DNA from: Rheinheimera sp.
GTDB lineage: Bacteria > Pseudomonadota > Gammaproteobacteria > Enterobacterales > Alteromonadaceae
Reading direction: 5' to 3'
NCBI RefSeq assembly: GCF_965283995.1
Contig: NZ_CBDIQG010000001.1
Span: forward strand, 3,725,858 to 3,789,857
DNA: 64,000 nt
Shown in pieces: positions 63,477-64,000 of the stretch. The notes under the pieces were generated by a model, which made no database searches, was not told where the DNA came from, and worked only from the letters and a program-made list of their open reading frames with translations. Every line of letters begins with the position of its first letter. The first letter of the stretch is position 1. Both the position numbers and the translations under genes were made by a program.

Positions 63477-63490
63477 GCGCGCTAACGCAC
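63477..63490. promoter_or_regulatory. Palindromic box, copy 5 (9/10)
   Basis: 'GCGCGCTAACGCAC', 80 nt upstream of ATG 63571. It shares the 3' extension 'CGCACCGA' with copies 1 and 2. Confidence 0.4.
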
Positions 63491-63570
63491 CGACTACAGC
63501 CTGCTGACTTGCCAAGCTGCACGTCCGGTTCCTGCAACTCTGCAAGGCGCCGAATTACCCTGAGGTCCTT

Positions 63571-63987
63571 ATGAATAAGTTCACCGAACAGAATAAAGCT
63601 GCTGCAAAAATCGACCCGAATACCACCACTGCAAAAACCGACGCGCTGGCCAAAACGGCCAAAGATGACTCTAAGGCTGCGGCCAGCGACACCACCAACA
63701 TGAGCAAAGCGGTTGCCGCCGACAAAGCTAAATTGGACGCAACGACACGCACACCGGCCGAAAATGGCAAACCGGCGGACAGCGCGAAAAAAGACGCCTT
63801 TAACGGCAAATGGCACAGCCAGATCCAGGCGGCGAAAAGTAACTGGAGCAAAATCAGTGAAAGCGAATTACTGAAATCCGGTGGTGTGGAAACCAACCTG
63901 ACTGATTTGGTGCAACAGCGTTATTCGCTGAGCCAGGACATGGCCAGCAAACAGGTAAAAAGTTTTATTGATAAATGTCATTGCTAA
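63571..63987 (+). CDS. CsbD-like general stress protein with a K/A/D-rich N-terminal extension
   Basis: GAGG RBS. C-terminal 'GKWHSQIQAAKSNWSKISESELLKSGGVETNLTDLVQQRYSLSQDMASKQVKSFID' matches the CsbD pattern. Confidence 0.75.
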   Translation: MNKFTEQNKAAAKIDPNTTTAKTDALAKTAKDDSKAAASDTTNMSKAVAADKAKLDATTRTPAENGKPADSAKKDAFNGKWHSQIQAAKSNWSKISESELLKSGGVETNLTDLVQQRYSLSQDMASKQVKSFIDKCHC

Positions 63988-64000
63988 GTGAAATTGCACC

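Noticed and set aside
63337-63896. The long form of ORF 62863..63816 (317 aa) and ORF 63555..63896 (113 aa) on the minus strand
   Set aside because: Both are antisense to the CsbD-like gene (63571..63987), which has a GAGG RBS and a family signature. The PRC-barrel homology begins only after ATG 63336, which has its own AGGAG RBS.

Overview
This 64-kb window looks like a chromosomal segment of a Gram-negative, gammaproteobacterium-like genome. An aquatic Alteromonadales/Chromatiales-type organism is my guess from gene content only. I call about 56 protein genes. I found no rRNA, tRNA, CRISPR, transposase, integrase or phage structural genes.

Layout, 5' to 3':
- 1-10.1 kb: tandem array of three giant secreted paralogs. 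Each has an S8 subtilase, an unknown ~700-aa module, thrombospondin-type-3-like Ca repeats and a GlyGly-CTERM tail. The first copy is truncated by the window edge.
- 10-16 kb: housekeeping genes (TrmH/SpoU methyltransferase, amidohydrolase, YlqF/RbgA GTPase, FG-GAP protein, cyclophilin).
- 16-17.7 kb: REP-like palindromic elements bracketing an AT-rich islet.
- 19.3-22.2 kb: cysP-cysT-cysW without cysA. cysA sits alone at 34.5-35.6 kb on the other strand.
- 22.3-24 kb: two tandem orphan solute-binding-like genes.
- 24.1-26.7 kb: an AT-rich gene for a fourth GlyGly-CTERM protein.
- 26.9-34.2 kb: CoA-transferase, AraC/GyrI regulator, PAS-MCP, SDR, FAD protein and a perfect 74-bp tandem duplication.
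- 36-40.8 kb: TonB-dependent receptor plus beta-propeller phytase operon. It is divergent from a degenerate-GGDEF/AraC pair, with a triple Pho-box-like repeat between them.
- 43-49 kb: Fur-box-associated reductase, MCP, yjdM and tonB-exbB-exbD.
- 51.4-51.9 kb: two diverged inverted copies of a ~225-bp structured element.
- 53.9-57.1 kb: trkH plus a short DUF4118 kinase/KdpE-like pair.
- 57.3-64 kb: an island of small stress-type proteins (DUF883/YqjE/YqjK, two PRC-barrel, DUF3309, BON, lmo0937-like, OmpA-like, CsbD-like) with two tandem Crp/Fnr paralogs.

The most interesting signal is in that last island. A 14-bp palindrome, GTGCG-N4-CGCAC, occurs as 3 perfect and 2 near-perfect copies. All five are intergenic, 62-80 nt upstream of five start codons. 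This is a candidate operator for the embedded Crp/Fnr regulators.

Limits: everything was read by eye with no searches. Start codons are inferred, and family calls rest on recognised motifs.
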